DNA of 64,000 nt from the human T2T-CHM13v2.0 reference genome, Homo sapiens. The stretch lies in the NCBI RefSeq assembly GCF_009914755.1, contig NC_060938.1; one strand, given 5' to 3'. Below are positions 17,500 through 30,537 of this stretch, piece after piece (the first letter of the stretch is position 1; each line of letters opens with the position of its first letter). A program made the translations under genes and the position numbers. The notes under the pieces were generated by a model. It made no database searches. It was given only the letters and a program-made list of their open reading frames with translations, and was not told the origin of the DNA.

Positions 17500-19622
17500 G
17501 TCCTTTGAAGAGCCTAACATTTATCACCATTGCTGCCCCTCACCTCACCCCTAACACTATTCCACCTCCTCTCTGTCTGCTCCCCTGCACCCCCTGAGCC
17601 CAGACCCTTTAACCTCTTGCATAGGAGGGCAGCCTCACCCTGTGGGTGGGTCAGGCCTCTCCAGTGCTCAGGCGGCTCAGAGTCCTCCTGAACAACTCCA
17701 GTCACTTGCCCTTATCTCTTTCACAAGCTCCCACTGCACAGTGCCCAACAACATTAGAAACTGAGTCACTGACCGTGTCCCATTACACTCTTACAATATC
17801 CTGTGCTGGTTGCACTGCTGAGTGACGGCTGACTCACCCAGATCAGGGGAGTCCAGCTTCGCAGCCATGGCCCCAAATGTTTGTTGAACCTGCTTAATTT
17901 TCATTCATTTCCTTAAACAGGTCTAGTTTCATTCTTTAAGGAGCAACAGTTGTGAGAATAGAACACAGAGGGTAGAAATGAACCCCGCATTGTACACACA
18001 GCAGTTAAGCGTGAGGATGTAGCACAGTGGTTCTGGGACTGACTTCAGTTCTCCCTATGCAGGGGCATGATGCAGCCCTGGGCGGAAGTTGCTGGGGCTG
18101 GGGCTCTCCAGGTCTCCCTTTGTCATTCTAGGGGAGTTCCCACAGGCAGGGGCTGTGCTCAGTGCTGGTGCGGCAGCAGGGCTGACACCTCCAGCATCCT
18201 GAGAACTCAGCCACATGGGGATCTGCGGCATCTCACGGCTCAGTGAAGCCACCTCAGCTCTGCAGCCTCCCTGACCACATGTCCTCCAATTAGGATTTTT
18301 GTCCCTGATTTGGGACTGCAGAGTTCCATGTAGCGAGGGCCTCTGATTGAGATTGTACCCCGACGTTTCTGCAATCTTGATGGCTAGAAGAGAGAAGCCC
18401 TCACCATGGTAAAGCTGCCAGCACGCTTCTGACTCATGTTTTGGGGGAAGACACAAATGGGTCTTTGGTTTTGCAGTAGTAACAGCAGGGTTCTCTTCTG
18501 GCATGGAGGAGTCTGAGGCATAACCATGTAATGGGTTGTCTTCACTGTGGGCAGAAATTCATGGGGAGAGGATTTCAGTTGTTTGGTAAAGAGGCTGACA
18601 CCAGGTTGAGCCCAGAGAAAGCTGAGAATAAGGGTCCTAGACTCAGTGACACATCCAAACCCCTGACCCCGCTACAGGGAGAGGCAGGCCTGTGGTCCAA
18701 CATCAGGGGCTCTGATGCAAGGGAGAAGACCCCTTAGCAGGGCCCAGCCCAAGGACCACAGGAGCTCTGCATTCCAGGATCCAGTTTTGATGCTTGTCCA
18801 TTCCACTGTAGGATTCCTGCTCAGACCTTTAGTAGTTTTGCTCAGCTTTCCTCTTTTATCCTAGCCTTGACTGTGCTTTGAGGAAGCACCTGTATCCATG
18901 GGGTGGCCATGGTGAGTGTGGCTGCAGCCTGCAGAAGCTAGTTACAGGGAGATAGGAGATGACATGCAGGGAATGATGGGGTGATTTAAGGCGAGATATG
19001 GGCCTGGTGCCAACCAGAATGGATTTGTGGGACATAGGAGCATCACTGGGCATTTCCAAGAACATTGAGGGGAGGTAATCCTGGTGAACAGTGCATAGGA
19101 TGCTCCATGGATAACAAGGGCAGGCTGGAGACCTTGGCACCTTGAGGGGAGAATGAGCCACACAGACCCTGCAGGAGATGGATCAAAGACAAGTGAGCCA
19201 GCTAAGCAGGTCAGGGCTCCTTAGTCCCCTGGAGGTCCTCTGGCCCCTCCGTCACTCAGCAGGGAAAGGCATTCCTCTGAGGTTGTTCCTTGCCCCTCAT
19301 TGCACGGGCTTTGCTGACCACCAGCCCCGACTTGGTCCAGCCCACTGCATTCTGCTACATCCTGCCCACTCCCTGTGGCTTCCACTGGCTGCACGATGAG
19401 GTCTAACTCAGATTCGAAAAACCACTTCCTCTAGGCAAGGTGGAGAGGAGGATGTGGCTTACCAGCAATTCACATAAACTCAATGTGTGTCAGCAATAAG
19501 ATTTCTCACCAGAAGTAAAGAAGCAGAGAGGAAAATGGGCCTGTTCTCCATGGGGCAGGTCAGACAGACTTGCTCTCACTTCACATTCCAGGCATCGCAT
19601 TTGAAGAAGTGGATTTTGTTTA

Positions 19623-20012
<390 letters not shown>

Positions 20013-20603
20013 TCACCAATTCTGCCTCTCTTTCCTGCATCCATAGGAAAACTACCTTTCCCAGCCTCCCTTGCAGTTAGGTTGAGGCCACATGCCTGGG
20101 ATCTGACCAATGGAATGTAAGTAGCAGGGATATCCGCCATTTCCACACTTGGCCAAAAACCCCTGTGAGATTCTCTTTTTGCTGCATCCCCTTACCTGTG
20201 TGGGTGAAAAGGGAAGACCCCAAGATGATGGACTCTGGTGATGGGAGGATCCTGAATCACTGCCATCACTTTGGGAAAGACTTGCCAGAAAGCAGCCTCT
20301 CGTTGGACTTTGCATGAAATTTTCTGCCCGACCCTGAAATTAGTCATCTTGAGTAGTAGTGAGTTGTCATTGGTGGTGTTTGTTTGTAGACAGACTGGAC
20401 TATCGTTTTTGGGGAATGCAGAGGGGAGACTTCATGGAGAGGGAACTGAATATTATGACCTCTCTGGTATATGCCAGCACTAATATCTAACATGTAATTT
20501 AGCAGTATTCTTCTGAAAGTTGTTGAATTAAAGCAAATGGGATTGAAATCCCAACATTTCCCCAGAGTACTGGGCACCATTATAACCTCAGGATTAAGGC
20601 CAT

Positions 20604-20940
20604 CTGTCTTAGCCCATTTTCTATGGCTATAACAGAATACCACGGACTAGGTTATTTATAAAGAACAGACATTTCTTTGGCTTATGGGTCTAGAGACTGG
20701 GAAGTCCAAGAGCATGGTGCCAGCATCTGGCAGGGTCATCTCCTGGCAGAAAGCAGAAAAGCAAGCAAGTTCTGAAGAGAGGAAAAAAGGGGGCTGAACT
20801 CCCCCAATAACAAACTCTCTCCCACCATAACAGCATTAACCCATGACCTAATACCTCTTAAAGGTCCCACCTCTTCGCATAGTTACAATGGCAATTAAAT
20901 TTCAGCATGCGTTTTGGAGGGGACATTCAAATCATAGTAT
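20604..20940 (-). mobile_element. MaLR (MST/MLT1) solo LTR
   Basis: tgtcttagcccattttctatggctataacagaataccac..actagg...gggaagtccaagagcatggtgccagcatctgg...ttttggaggggacattcaaatcatag. Confidence 0.85.
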
Positions 20941-22043
20941 CATCAGAGACTACTGTCTTGCCAGATGAATTCCAGGGATGGAGGCTTCAGGATCACCAGC
21001 TACAAGAAGTGGCTTTTTCAGAAAAGCAACGAGCCAAGAGGGTCAGAGTTTGGCTCTCTTTTGGTTGGACCAGCCAGAGGAAAGCAGCAGATGGGGATGT
21101 ATTTCGTGCCGAAAATTTCTCCCACTCTTGTCTGGCCAACCCACAGACCAGTGTGTGTAACAGGAAGATGAGCCCTGTGTGTAAACAGGAAGATGAGCCC
21201 TCATCTGACTAAACAACTCTGGTGAATAAGAAATAAATCCTAATGGCTTCTGTCACCTTCCAAACCAGATGGACTTTTTCTTCCACCCATCCTCTCAGGA
21301 GAGAAAGGAGTCATAATCCCCAATATTGTCCTTACTTAATCTGTTTAGAAGAAGGATCTACTCTTCTGGAACACTCCAGGACTCTAGGAGCCTGACCCAG
21401 AGAGGGATTAAGTGACCAAGATCAAATTTACATTTTAATATGATGCAGTTAATCCTCAGTGATAAACATGGCATATGCCACTGTTGAGAAGATGCTCCAG
21501 CCTAAAGAGGCAGGTCAGCAAATGTGGGCCTCTCCAAACAAAGCCCCGTCACTGAGGACAGCCCCACAGAGATGAATGCAACAGGCCCTTCTTCTCTAGT
21601 GAGGAGGGGGTGGTCTGATGGAGCCCTCCCTCACTGTGGGGAGCAGCTACCCAGCAGGTACAAGGGGTTATGTGGCCAAGGACAGAGTGGGTGATATTCT
21701 CCAAACCACATGACTGGGCTCTGTCCTCAAAAGGGAGTTAGCCAAGTTAAACCACAGAGCGAATTTGCAACACCACACTGAAGAACTGGGTGGCACTTCA
21801 TGAATCTCAAGTGGAGGGAGAGAAGGCTCTACTTCACTCAAGGGCTGTGTCTTTCTTGACCATTTGCTGGGTAATCAAGTGCAAATCCCCTAATCGCTCT
21901 GCTTGAGTTTGCCCTGAGAAGGTCAACCTCTGCCCTTTCCTGACTCCTTTGGTTCTTCAAGGGCCCTCAAGACCCCCTGGTGTTGAAGACTCCCTTACCC
22001 CATAAGGACTGCAGCATACTCCCAAGGTGTCCAGTTACTTTGC

Positions 22044-22049
22044 TTTATT
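22044..22049 (-). terminator. GPR68: Probable GPR68 poly(A) signal AATAAA
   Basis: tttatt on + (AATAAA on -) ~1.4 kb downstream of the GPR68 stop, preceded by U-rich tgtatttttgtattgt on the - strand. Confidence 0.7.
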
Positions 22050-22894
22050 TGCAGACTGAAGTGGGCTACATAAATCCATTACAGAGTCAACACATGTAGA
22101 CTTGGCAAAAAGGACAATACAAAAATACAACTCTTGACAGTAAATGAGACTGCCCTCAGCTCATCCCAGTCTGTATCAGTGGGAAGCCAGTGTTTAAGGT
22201 CAACATAGGAGGAAGTGCTGTGGAATGAGGAGGCATGAAGGCTTCCACCAATGTCACTGACCCAGTAAAATCCTGGACTGAGTTGCATGGGCTCTTCTTG
22301 GCTGTGTGGCCATTTCTGCCGCCTTCAAACTTGGTCACTTCCTCCTCTAGGAAGGGGAAGAGAACCTCCCCAAGTCATCGGACACCCTCCACAAGGATCT
22401 GAGCAGGGGCTGTGCAGTCAAAGCCAAGTGTAGCCCTGGGACCACTGTGAGCACCCTTCCCTGGGGCACCTCCAGCCTGGGCTGTTGCCTCTGGGCATCC
22501 CCGATGAAAGGGCTAAGAGACACAGCACAAAGGATCAACCTCTTCAAGGCTGGGGGGAAGAGGGGAAGGGAGACTGAGGAAGGGGTTCTGCCTGGGCCTC
22601 CCTTTGGTAGATTCCAGAAATGTTTGCTGATGCCAACTTCTGCTTCTAGCCCCTGGTCCCTTCTTGGAGGAAGCCCAGTTAGCCTCTTGGTTCTGAAGAA
22701 CTCGAGTCCCAGGCCATGGAAGGCATCCTTAGTCAGAGCTGGTCCCAGTTCACTGACCAGAAGGTCTGAAGGGCTAGCATTTCTGTGGAGGTGGGCAGGT
22801 CTTCTGGAGCAGCAGGCGGCTCTCCCAGTTCTTATGGCTGGAGCTAGGATCCTCCTCTGCCTATAACTCCCTCAATTCTCCCAACCCAACACCC

Positions 22895-23025
22895 CCTACC
22901 TTCCTTCTTTCCTCCTCCCTTCCTTCTCCCCTTCCTCCTTTCCTTCCCCCCTCTTTCTTTCCTTCCCCCTCTTTCTTCCTTCCCCCTCCTGCCTTCCTTC
23001 CCCCTCCAGTCTTCCCTTCCCACCC
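22895..23025. repeat. Polypyrimidine/polypurine low-complexity tract in the GPR68 3' UTR
   Basis: About 130 bp of almost only C/T on +. Confidence 0.85.
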
Positions 23026-23450
23026 TGTTGTGGGCGGGCTGCAGTGCTGATCCCACCGGGACGTTTGGACAGGCATTGTCTGTGACAACGGTGGCATTGG
23101 AAGGCCCTGGCAGCTGAACGCCCAGCCTCCCACCCTCCATGTCCTCACACTCCCCATGCACAAACTCTGCAGGAAGCAGGCCAGGGAACGCAGTTCACTG
23201 TCTTCCCCCGACCAGCAGCCCCAGCCTGGCCACATCGCAGCCGCGGCAGAGGACACGGCTTATTCCCACGAGCCAACCGGGGCTTATTCCCACCCTCGGC
23301 GGTCCCAGCGGGCTCAGCAAGCGAGAGCAGGCTTCCGGAGTTACAGGGGCTTCCCTGCCTCCGCAGCGAGGGAAGCAGGAGGCGGCAGGCCCTGAGGCCC
23401 GTGGGCTGAAGGCTCAGGCCTCACGTGGAGCCACCCGCGGAGGACCCAGG

Positions 23451-24548
23451 CTAGGCCAACCTGCCCGTGGGGAACCCGCCCGACCCTGGCGAGTTAGGGG
23501 TCTGGAAGGCCGGGTGGAGCTTGGTCAACAGCTCGGGCTCCTCACCCTGGGCCCCGCTTTTCCCGGAGGCCTCGGGGGCACCCAGCGGGTAGGCCTCCCT
23601 GGCCCGGCCGGTCCTGGAGCAGGTGAGGAAGGCCAGGCAGGCCCCGCGGAGGCGGGCCAGGTCCCGGTGGGTGGTCTCGCTGACGAAGCAGTAGAGCACG
23701 GGGTCGGCGACGCAGTTGAAGCTGGTGAGCAGGAGGGAGAAGTGGTAGGCGTTGAAAACGCCCTTGGCGAAGTCGCAGCTGGCCTCCCAGACGCTGCGCA
23801 CCAGCAGCAACACGTGGTAGGGCAGGAAGCAGGCCAGGAAGATGACCACGGTGCTGAGCACCAGCCGCTGGATCTGGTCCTTGCGGCTCTTCTGGGTGCC
23901 GTGGCTCCGGCGCACGGCGCGCAGGATGCCCTGGTAGGACGCCAGCAGCAGGCAGATGGGGAAGAGGAAGCCCACCAGGAAGCGGTAGTAGTTGATGGCG
24001 CGCTGCCATGCCTGGATGGGGTAGTGCTCAAAGCACACGCGGTGCTGGTTCTCGTCCTCGATGACCTCCTCGTGCATCAGGAAGTAGATGCTGGTCAGCA
24101 GCTCCTTGGCCCAGATGACCACGCTGACGCCGACGGCCGCCTTCAGGGTCCGGAACTGGTGGAAGCGGAAGGGATGGGCCACAGCCAGGTAGCGGTCCAC
24201 GGAGATGCAGCAGAGGAAGCCCACGCTGATGTAGATGTTCTCGTACAGGAGGATGCCGCACACCTGGCAGGACAGGTCGCCGTGAGACCAGTTGTCGTGC
24301 TGCAGCACGTACTGCAGCCAGAAGGGCAGCGAGCAGATGTAGAAGAGGTCGGCCACCGTCAGGTTGCACAGGTACACGCCCAGCTCGTTCCGGGCCTTGA
24401 TCTGCAGGTAGCCGAAGTAGAGGGACAGGCAGTTGGCCGGGAAGCCCACCACCAGCACGGTAACATAGACCACCGGGGCCAGCGTCTGGTGGATGGTATG
24501 GTCGATGGTACAGCTCATCGAGGAGTTGTCTGCAGTGATGTTCCCCAT
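23451..24548 (-). CDS. GPR68: G protein-coupled receptor 68 (OGR1), proton-sensing class A GPCR, 365 aa, intronless CDS; an in-frame upstream ATG at 24578 would give 375 aa
   Basis: MGNITADNSSMSCTIDHTIHQTLAP...; seven hydrophobic helices, DRY, CFLPYH, DPVLY motifs; extracellular His residues; strong Kozak aagATGg. Confidence 0.99.
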   Translation of the reverse strand: MGNITADNSSMSCTIDHTIHQTLAPVVYVTVLVVGFPANCLSLYFGYLQIKARNELGVYLCNLTVADLFYICSLPFWLQYVLQHDNWSHGDLSCQVCGILLYENIYISVGFLCCISVDRYLAVAHPFRFHQFRTLKAAVGVSVVIWAKELLTSIYFLMHEEVIEDENQHRVCFEHYPIQAWQRAINYYRFLVGFLFPICLLLASYQGILRAVRRSHGTQKSRKDQIQRLVLSTVVIFLACFLPYHVLLLVRSVWEASCDFAKGVFNAYHFSLLLTSFNCVADPVLYCFVSETTHRDLARLRGACLAFLTCSRTGRAREAYPLGAPEASGKSGAQGEEPELLTKLHPAFQTPNSPGSGGFPTGRLA

Positions 24549-24680
24549 CTTTGGGCCTGAAGGGGCCACACTCCTCATGGGCTCAGGGACTGGGCCTGTC
24601 TCTCCACCGCCATCCTGTTTATAGAAGGTGGTTCAAGCTCTACCAAGGGCTGGGCATCGCTGGTGGTGGGCAAGACCCTG
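24549..24680 (-). other. GPR68: GPR68 5' UTR portion of the coding exon and its splice acceptor (exon starts at 24677)
   Basis: Minus strand ctttcctgcctctgactttcag|GGTCTTG: pyrimidine tract plus AG. Confidence 0.75.
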
Positions 24681-24825
24681 AAAGTCAGAGGCAGGAAAGG
24701 TTTATAATAGTAGCTAACATGAATGTAGCACCTACTGTGTGTCAGGCACCATTCTAAATCCTTTACTCATTTAATTTAGAAGGTGTACTAGCCCACCAAC
24801 TCCAATTCAACTAGAATATCTGAAC

Positions 24826-24935
24826 GGCTGGACATGATGGCTTACACCTGTAAGCCCAGCACTTTGGGAGGTGGGGATCGCTCGAGCTCAAGAGTTCAAG
24901 ACCAGCCTGGGTAACATGGCAAGCCCTTGTCTCTA

Positions 24936-24978
<43 letters not shown>

Positions 24979-25305
24979 CAAGAAGAATAGATCTGAATGG
25001 GAGCCCCAGGCGAGGTGGCTCACACCTGTATTCCCAGCACTTTGGGAGGCCAAGGTGGGCAGATCACTTGAGGTCAGGAGTTCGAGACCATCCTGGCCAA
25101 CATGGCAAAACCCTGTCTCTACTAAAAATACAAAAATTAGCTGGGCATGGTGGCATGCACCTGTAATCCCAGCTACTCGGGAGGCTGAAGCAGGAGATTC
25201 ATTTGAACCTGGGAGGCGGAGGTTGCAGTGACCCAAGATCGTGCCACTCTACTCCAGCCTGAGTGACGGGGAGACTCTGTGTCAATAGAAAAAAAAAAAA
25301 AAAAG
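24826..25305 (+). mobile_element. Alu monomer with (AAAT)n tail followed by AluS
   Basis: Alu consensus at 24826-24980 and 25003-25305. Confidence 0.9.
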
Positions 25306-26039
25306 AATATATCCGAATGGGTCACATACCAAGATGCTGCAGGGTAGCTTACGTCTCCCCTTCCCATTCCCTGGCTTTGCCTATTTATTGCCTATCCTTT
25401 ATATATTTTCCTGCTCCCTTGGTGTAGCAAGTAAGGCTAGAGGTTCTTATGAGCATGTGCCTACCCTGAGCCTACTCTCCCAGGGAGACTTGGGGCAAAG
25501 ATCAGTTCTAACCCACACGTGACAGCACCGGCCACCTTCATCCACAGCAATAGGCGGCATTCACATTTGTCCTACTTGCTCACAGGAATGTACTACTTAA
25601 GTCCATTTACACTGAGGCCACTGCCCCCCATGGGGACCTCTCCAGATAGCATCAGAAGAGGCCCAACCTTGTCCACATTTTACCGCGTTCTGGCAAGAAA
25701 CAAAAACCCAGTTTCCCGCAAGCACAGCCTGGACTCCTGGGTGTTCATCCAGCTACCTCTCCTCTCCTCCATGGAGCTCCGGGAATGCTCTGGACCAAGG
25801 CTCCAGGACATGAGCGCCAAGCCAGGGCCAGCCACATACAGACTGCAAGTCACTTACCTTGTCTCAGCCTAGGTTTCCTCACCTGTCAAATGGAGATAAA
25901 AACACCTGCCCTTGGGGATCAGTGTCAGGGCCAGATCAAATGATGGGTATGCAAACACAGGGCATTGTTTTTCCAGAAGCAAAGAGGAGGAGTAGGAGAT
26001 TATAATCTTACTGGAATTAGTGAAAAGTTCCTATTTATT

Positions 26040-26695
<656 letters not shown>

Positions 26696-26984
26696 ACTTC
26701 TTGGATGAATAGGTGAACGACACTTCCCACCTTCCAGGTGAGGAAACTATGGTTCTAAAGGGCAAGTGACTTGCCTGAAGCCAGCCTGAGGTTGGAAGCG
26801 TTGCTGCTAGAATCCAGGTCTCCTTGCTCCACATCCCTGCCACGTACAGTCTCTGCCTGAGACTCAGCTCTCAACCTCTCAGTTCCCAGAAAACAGGGAC
26901 TCCCAGTCTCTGACTCACCTCTTCCATCCTCTTCAGGGCACTGGCCTAGAATTCCAGTGGTGGTGGTGGAGGGAGTTGCTTCTT

Positions 26985-27885
26985 GTTTTCGTTGTGGTAA
27001 AACACACATAAAGTAACATTTACCATTTTAGCCACTTTTTTTTTTTTAGATGGAGTTTTACTCTTGTTACCCAGGCTAGAGTGCAGTGGCGCAATCTCGG
27101 CTCACCGCAACCTCCGCCTCCCAAGTTCAAGCGAGTCTCCTGCCTCAGCCTCCTGAGTAGTTGGATTACAGGCATGTGCCACCATGCCCGGCTAATTTTG
27201 TATTTTTAGTAGAGACGGGGTTTCTCCATGTTGGTCAGGCTGGCCTCGAACTCCCCATCTCAGGTGATCCACTCACCTCGGCCTCCCAAGGTGCTGGGAT
27301 TAGAGGCATGAGCCACCGCACCCGGCCCATTTTAGCCACTTTCAAATGCATTAAGTATATCAACACTGTTGTGCAACCATCACCACCCTCCATCTCCAGA
27401 ACTCTTTTCATCTTGCAAAATTAATAACTCCCCAGCCCCCAGCAACCACCATTTCTGTCTCTATGAACTTGACTATTCTAGGTACCTCATATAAATGGAA
27501 TCAGACCGTATTTGTCCTTTTGTGTCTGGCTTATTTGACTTAGTATAATGTCTTCAAGATTCATCTATGTTGTAGCACATGTCAGAATTTCCTGCCTTTT
27601 TAAGGCTGAATAATAGTCCACGGTATGCACAGCCCACATTTGGTTTATCCATGCATTGATGGACATTGGGATTGTTTTTATCTTTTGGCTATTGTGAATG
27701 AAGCTGCTAAGAACATGAGTGAACAAAGATCTGTTCAAGTTCCCACTTTCAGTTCTTTTGGGTATATACTCAGAATTGGAACTGCTGGATCATATGTTAG
27801 TTCTATTTTTAATTTTTTGAGGAACCACCCTACCGTTTTCCATAGTGGCTGCACCATCTTACATTTCCACCAGCAATACACAACG
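26985..27885 (-). mobile_element. L1MB-type 3' fragment interrupted by a minus-strand Alu (27035-27327, TSD CATTTTAGCCACTTT)
   Basis: gtggtaaaacacacataaa...tctatgaacttgactattctaggtacctcatataaatggaatc...aattttttgaggaacc. Confidence 0.85.
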
Positions 27886-28524
27886 GTGGGTTTGGGGTTT
27901 GTTTGTTTGTTTGTTTGTTTTCATTTGTATGTTTTGGTGGTGAGAAAAAGGGGAGAAGGAACAGCTGAAGTCCGTGATCCCAAAACTCTTCCCACAGCCC
28001 AATGAATCAGAATTCAGCCCTAGTCACCCTCCTCTTGCCAGCCCTCCTGTCCCTGAATTGCAAGCTCACACCTGTGGGGCCAAATCCTTTGCCAGGCTTA
28101 CATATGAGGAAATCCACTGCAGCTCGTGTCCCCAAATGGTCCCCTATCCAGGGCCGTTCCGTTTTCCGAATTTACTTCAGATTCTCCACAGTCCACACAA
28201 AATCTGCCCGCAGGAAGATAAAATCCATTCATAAAAGCACAGGCCCCCAGGCTCCCCCCAAATGGCAAATGAAGCCCCCATGAAAACACAACCAGTCATC
28301 TTGGAAATTCACTGAGCGTCATCAGGCTATAGTTTACGAGTGGTGGGTGTATATACATGTAGGGTGGTGCTTCCTCTTCCCTAGGCCAACAATAAGCTAA
28401 TTCTGGCAACTAAAGTCAGAAACATTCAAGCCTAAAGAACAAAAAAGAAACATTTACTCCGTTTAGATGAAAGCACCTCCTACGTTCATTTTGGAGAGAA
28501 AAGAGGGTTTTGGTATTCTAATGC

Positions 28525-28715
28525 TGCAGTGCTTGAACTTAGGTGCTTCAGAATCCCCTGGGGAATTTGTTATGACAGATCGCTAAGCCTCACCTCCAGA
28601 GTTTCAGACTCAGTGAGTCTGGGCTGGGGCTCAGGAATTTTACATTTCAAACAAGCTGCCAGGTGATGCGGATGCTGCCAGCCCATGGACCACACTTTGA
28701 GTAGCAAGGTGCTAG
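28525..28715. mobile_element. MER5A-like hAT DNA transposon
   Basis: cagtgcttgaactt...cagaatcccctggggaatttgtt...ggtgatgcggatgctgcc...ggaccacactttgagtagc. Confidence 0.75.
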
Positions 28716-29149
28716 GAGAGTCTGGAAGGTCCAGGGTTCAGCTCCTGAGTGCATGCCCTACAAGAGCTCCCAAGGCAGGGAAACAGAGGAAGCTGGCAGG
28801 GGAATGTGATCCAGCAGGACCTTGTGGGCACAACCAGGTCGCAGCCCTTGGGATGTCTCCCGGCTGATTCGAGGCCCCAAGAAAAAGCGATTAAACCTGA
28901 GCACTTACACCTTTTATTTGCAAAATACTTCACAGTTTACAGAGCTTTTCACTTCTGTTCTCTTGTCCAATTTTAAAAACAGCCATTTAGAGATGTGTCC
29001 ATTTTAGAGATGAGAAAACCAAGGTCAGACAGATGAAGCAGCTTGAACTATCCAGTACCCTGGCTTTCACTGCACAAGTGTGTGTAGAGCATCTCGGATG
29101 TTCACAGCACCAAGCTAGACATGGAGGACCTAGAGGTCAACAAGAAATG

Positions 29150-30537
29150 GGCCGGGTGTGATGGCTCACGCCTGTAATCTCAGCACTAGCTGAGGCGAGA
29201 GGATCGCTTGAGCCCAGGGGTTCAAGTATCAGGGGAATCACCCCCGATAATTTAACGTAATTTCACATAGGTTCTTTTCTATTTCCCTAAGTGTTGGCCA
29301 GTCTGAGAAATAAAGGGAAAGAGTACAAAAGAGAGAAATTTTAAAGCTGGGTGTCCAGGGGAGACATCACATGTCGGCAGGTTCCATGATGCCCCTCAAG
29401 CCACAAAACCAGCAAGTTTTTATTAGTGATTTTCAAAGGGGAGGGAGTGTATGAATAGGGTGTGGGTCACAGAGATCACATGCTTTACAAGGTAATAAAA
29501 TATCACAAGGCAAATGGAGGCAGGGCAAAATCACAGGACCGAGGCGAAATTAAAAATGCTAATGAAGTTTCATGTCCCACTGGGCACATATTGTCATTGA
29601 TAACATCTTATCAGGAGACAGAGTTTGAGAGCAGACAACCAGTCTGATCAAAATTTATTAGGCGGGAATTTCCTCATCCTAATCAGCCTGGGAGCGCTAT
29701 GGGAGACTGGGGCTTATTTCATCTCTTATCTGCAACTGTATAAGACAGACATTCCCAGAGCAGCCATTTTAGACACCTACCCCTGGGAATGCATTCTCTT
29801 TCTCAGGGCTGTTCCTTGCTGAGAAAAAGAATTCAGCGATATTTCTCCTATACACTTTTGAAAGAAGAGAAATATGGCTCTGTTCCACCCAGCTCTCAGG
29901 CAGCCAGACCTAATGGTTACCTCCCTTGTTCCCTGAACATCGCTTTATCCTGTTCTTCTTTCAAGGTGCCCAGATTTCATATTGTTTAAACACACATGCT
30001 TTACGAACAATTTGTGCAGTTAACGCAATTATCACAGGGTCCGGAGGCAACATACATCCTCAGCTTACGAAGATGATGGGATTAAGAGATTAAAGACAGG
30101 CATTGGAAATCATAAGAGTATTGATGAGGGAAGTGATAAATGTCCATGATTATCTTCACAATTTATGTTCAGAGATTGCAGTAAAGACAGGCATAAGAAA
30201 TTATAAAAGTATTAATTTGGGGAACTAATAAATGTCCATGAAATCTTCACAATTTATGTTCTTCTGCCATGGCTTCAGCCGGTCCCTCCATTCAGGGTCC
30301 CTGACTTCCCGCAACATTCAAGACCAGCCTGGGCAACACAGCAAGACTCTGTCTCTACATAAAATTTAAAAATTAGCAAAGCATGGTGGTGCACACCTAT
30401 AGTCCCAGCTAATCAGAAGGCTGAAGTGGGAGGATCGCTTGAGCCCAGGAGGTCAAGGCCGCAGTGAGCCATGTTCGTGCCACTGTACTCCAGCCTGGGT
30501 GACAGAGTGAGACCCCCCATCTCAAAACAAACAAAAT
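29150..30537 (+). mobile_element. AluJ-like element split in two by the MER11 LTR (29150-29226 and 30317-30537)
   Basis: Alu consensus continues across the LTR (gagcccaggggttcaag|accagcctgggcaac); flanking repeat CAAGAAATGG at 29141 and 30539. Confidence 0.88.
29227..30316 (-). mobile_element. MER11 solo LTR (HERV-K11/HML-8), 1090 bp
   Basis: Minus strand begins TGTTGCGGGAAGTCAGGGACCCTGAATGGAGGGACCGGCTGAAGCCATGGCAGAAGAACATAAATTGTGAAG; 6-bp TSD TTCAAG at 29221-29226 and 30317-30322. Confidence 0.9.

Noticed and set aside
23139-24560. 473-aa + strand ORF overlapping GPR68
   Set aside because: Antisense shadow of a GC3-rich CDS; starts at a non-ATG codon and has no recognisable domain
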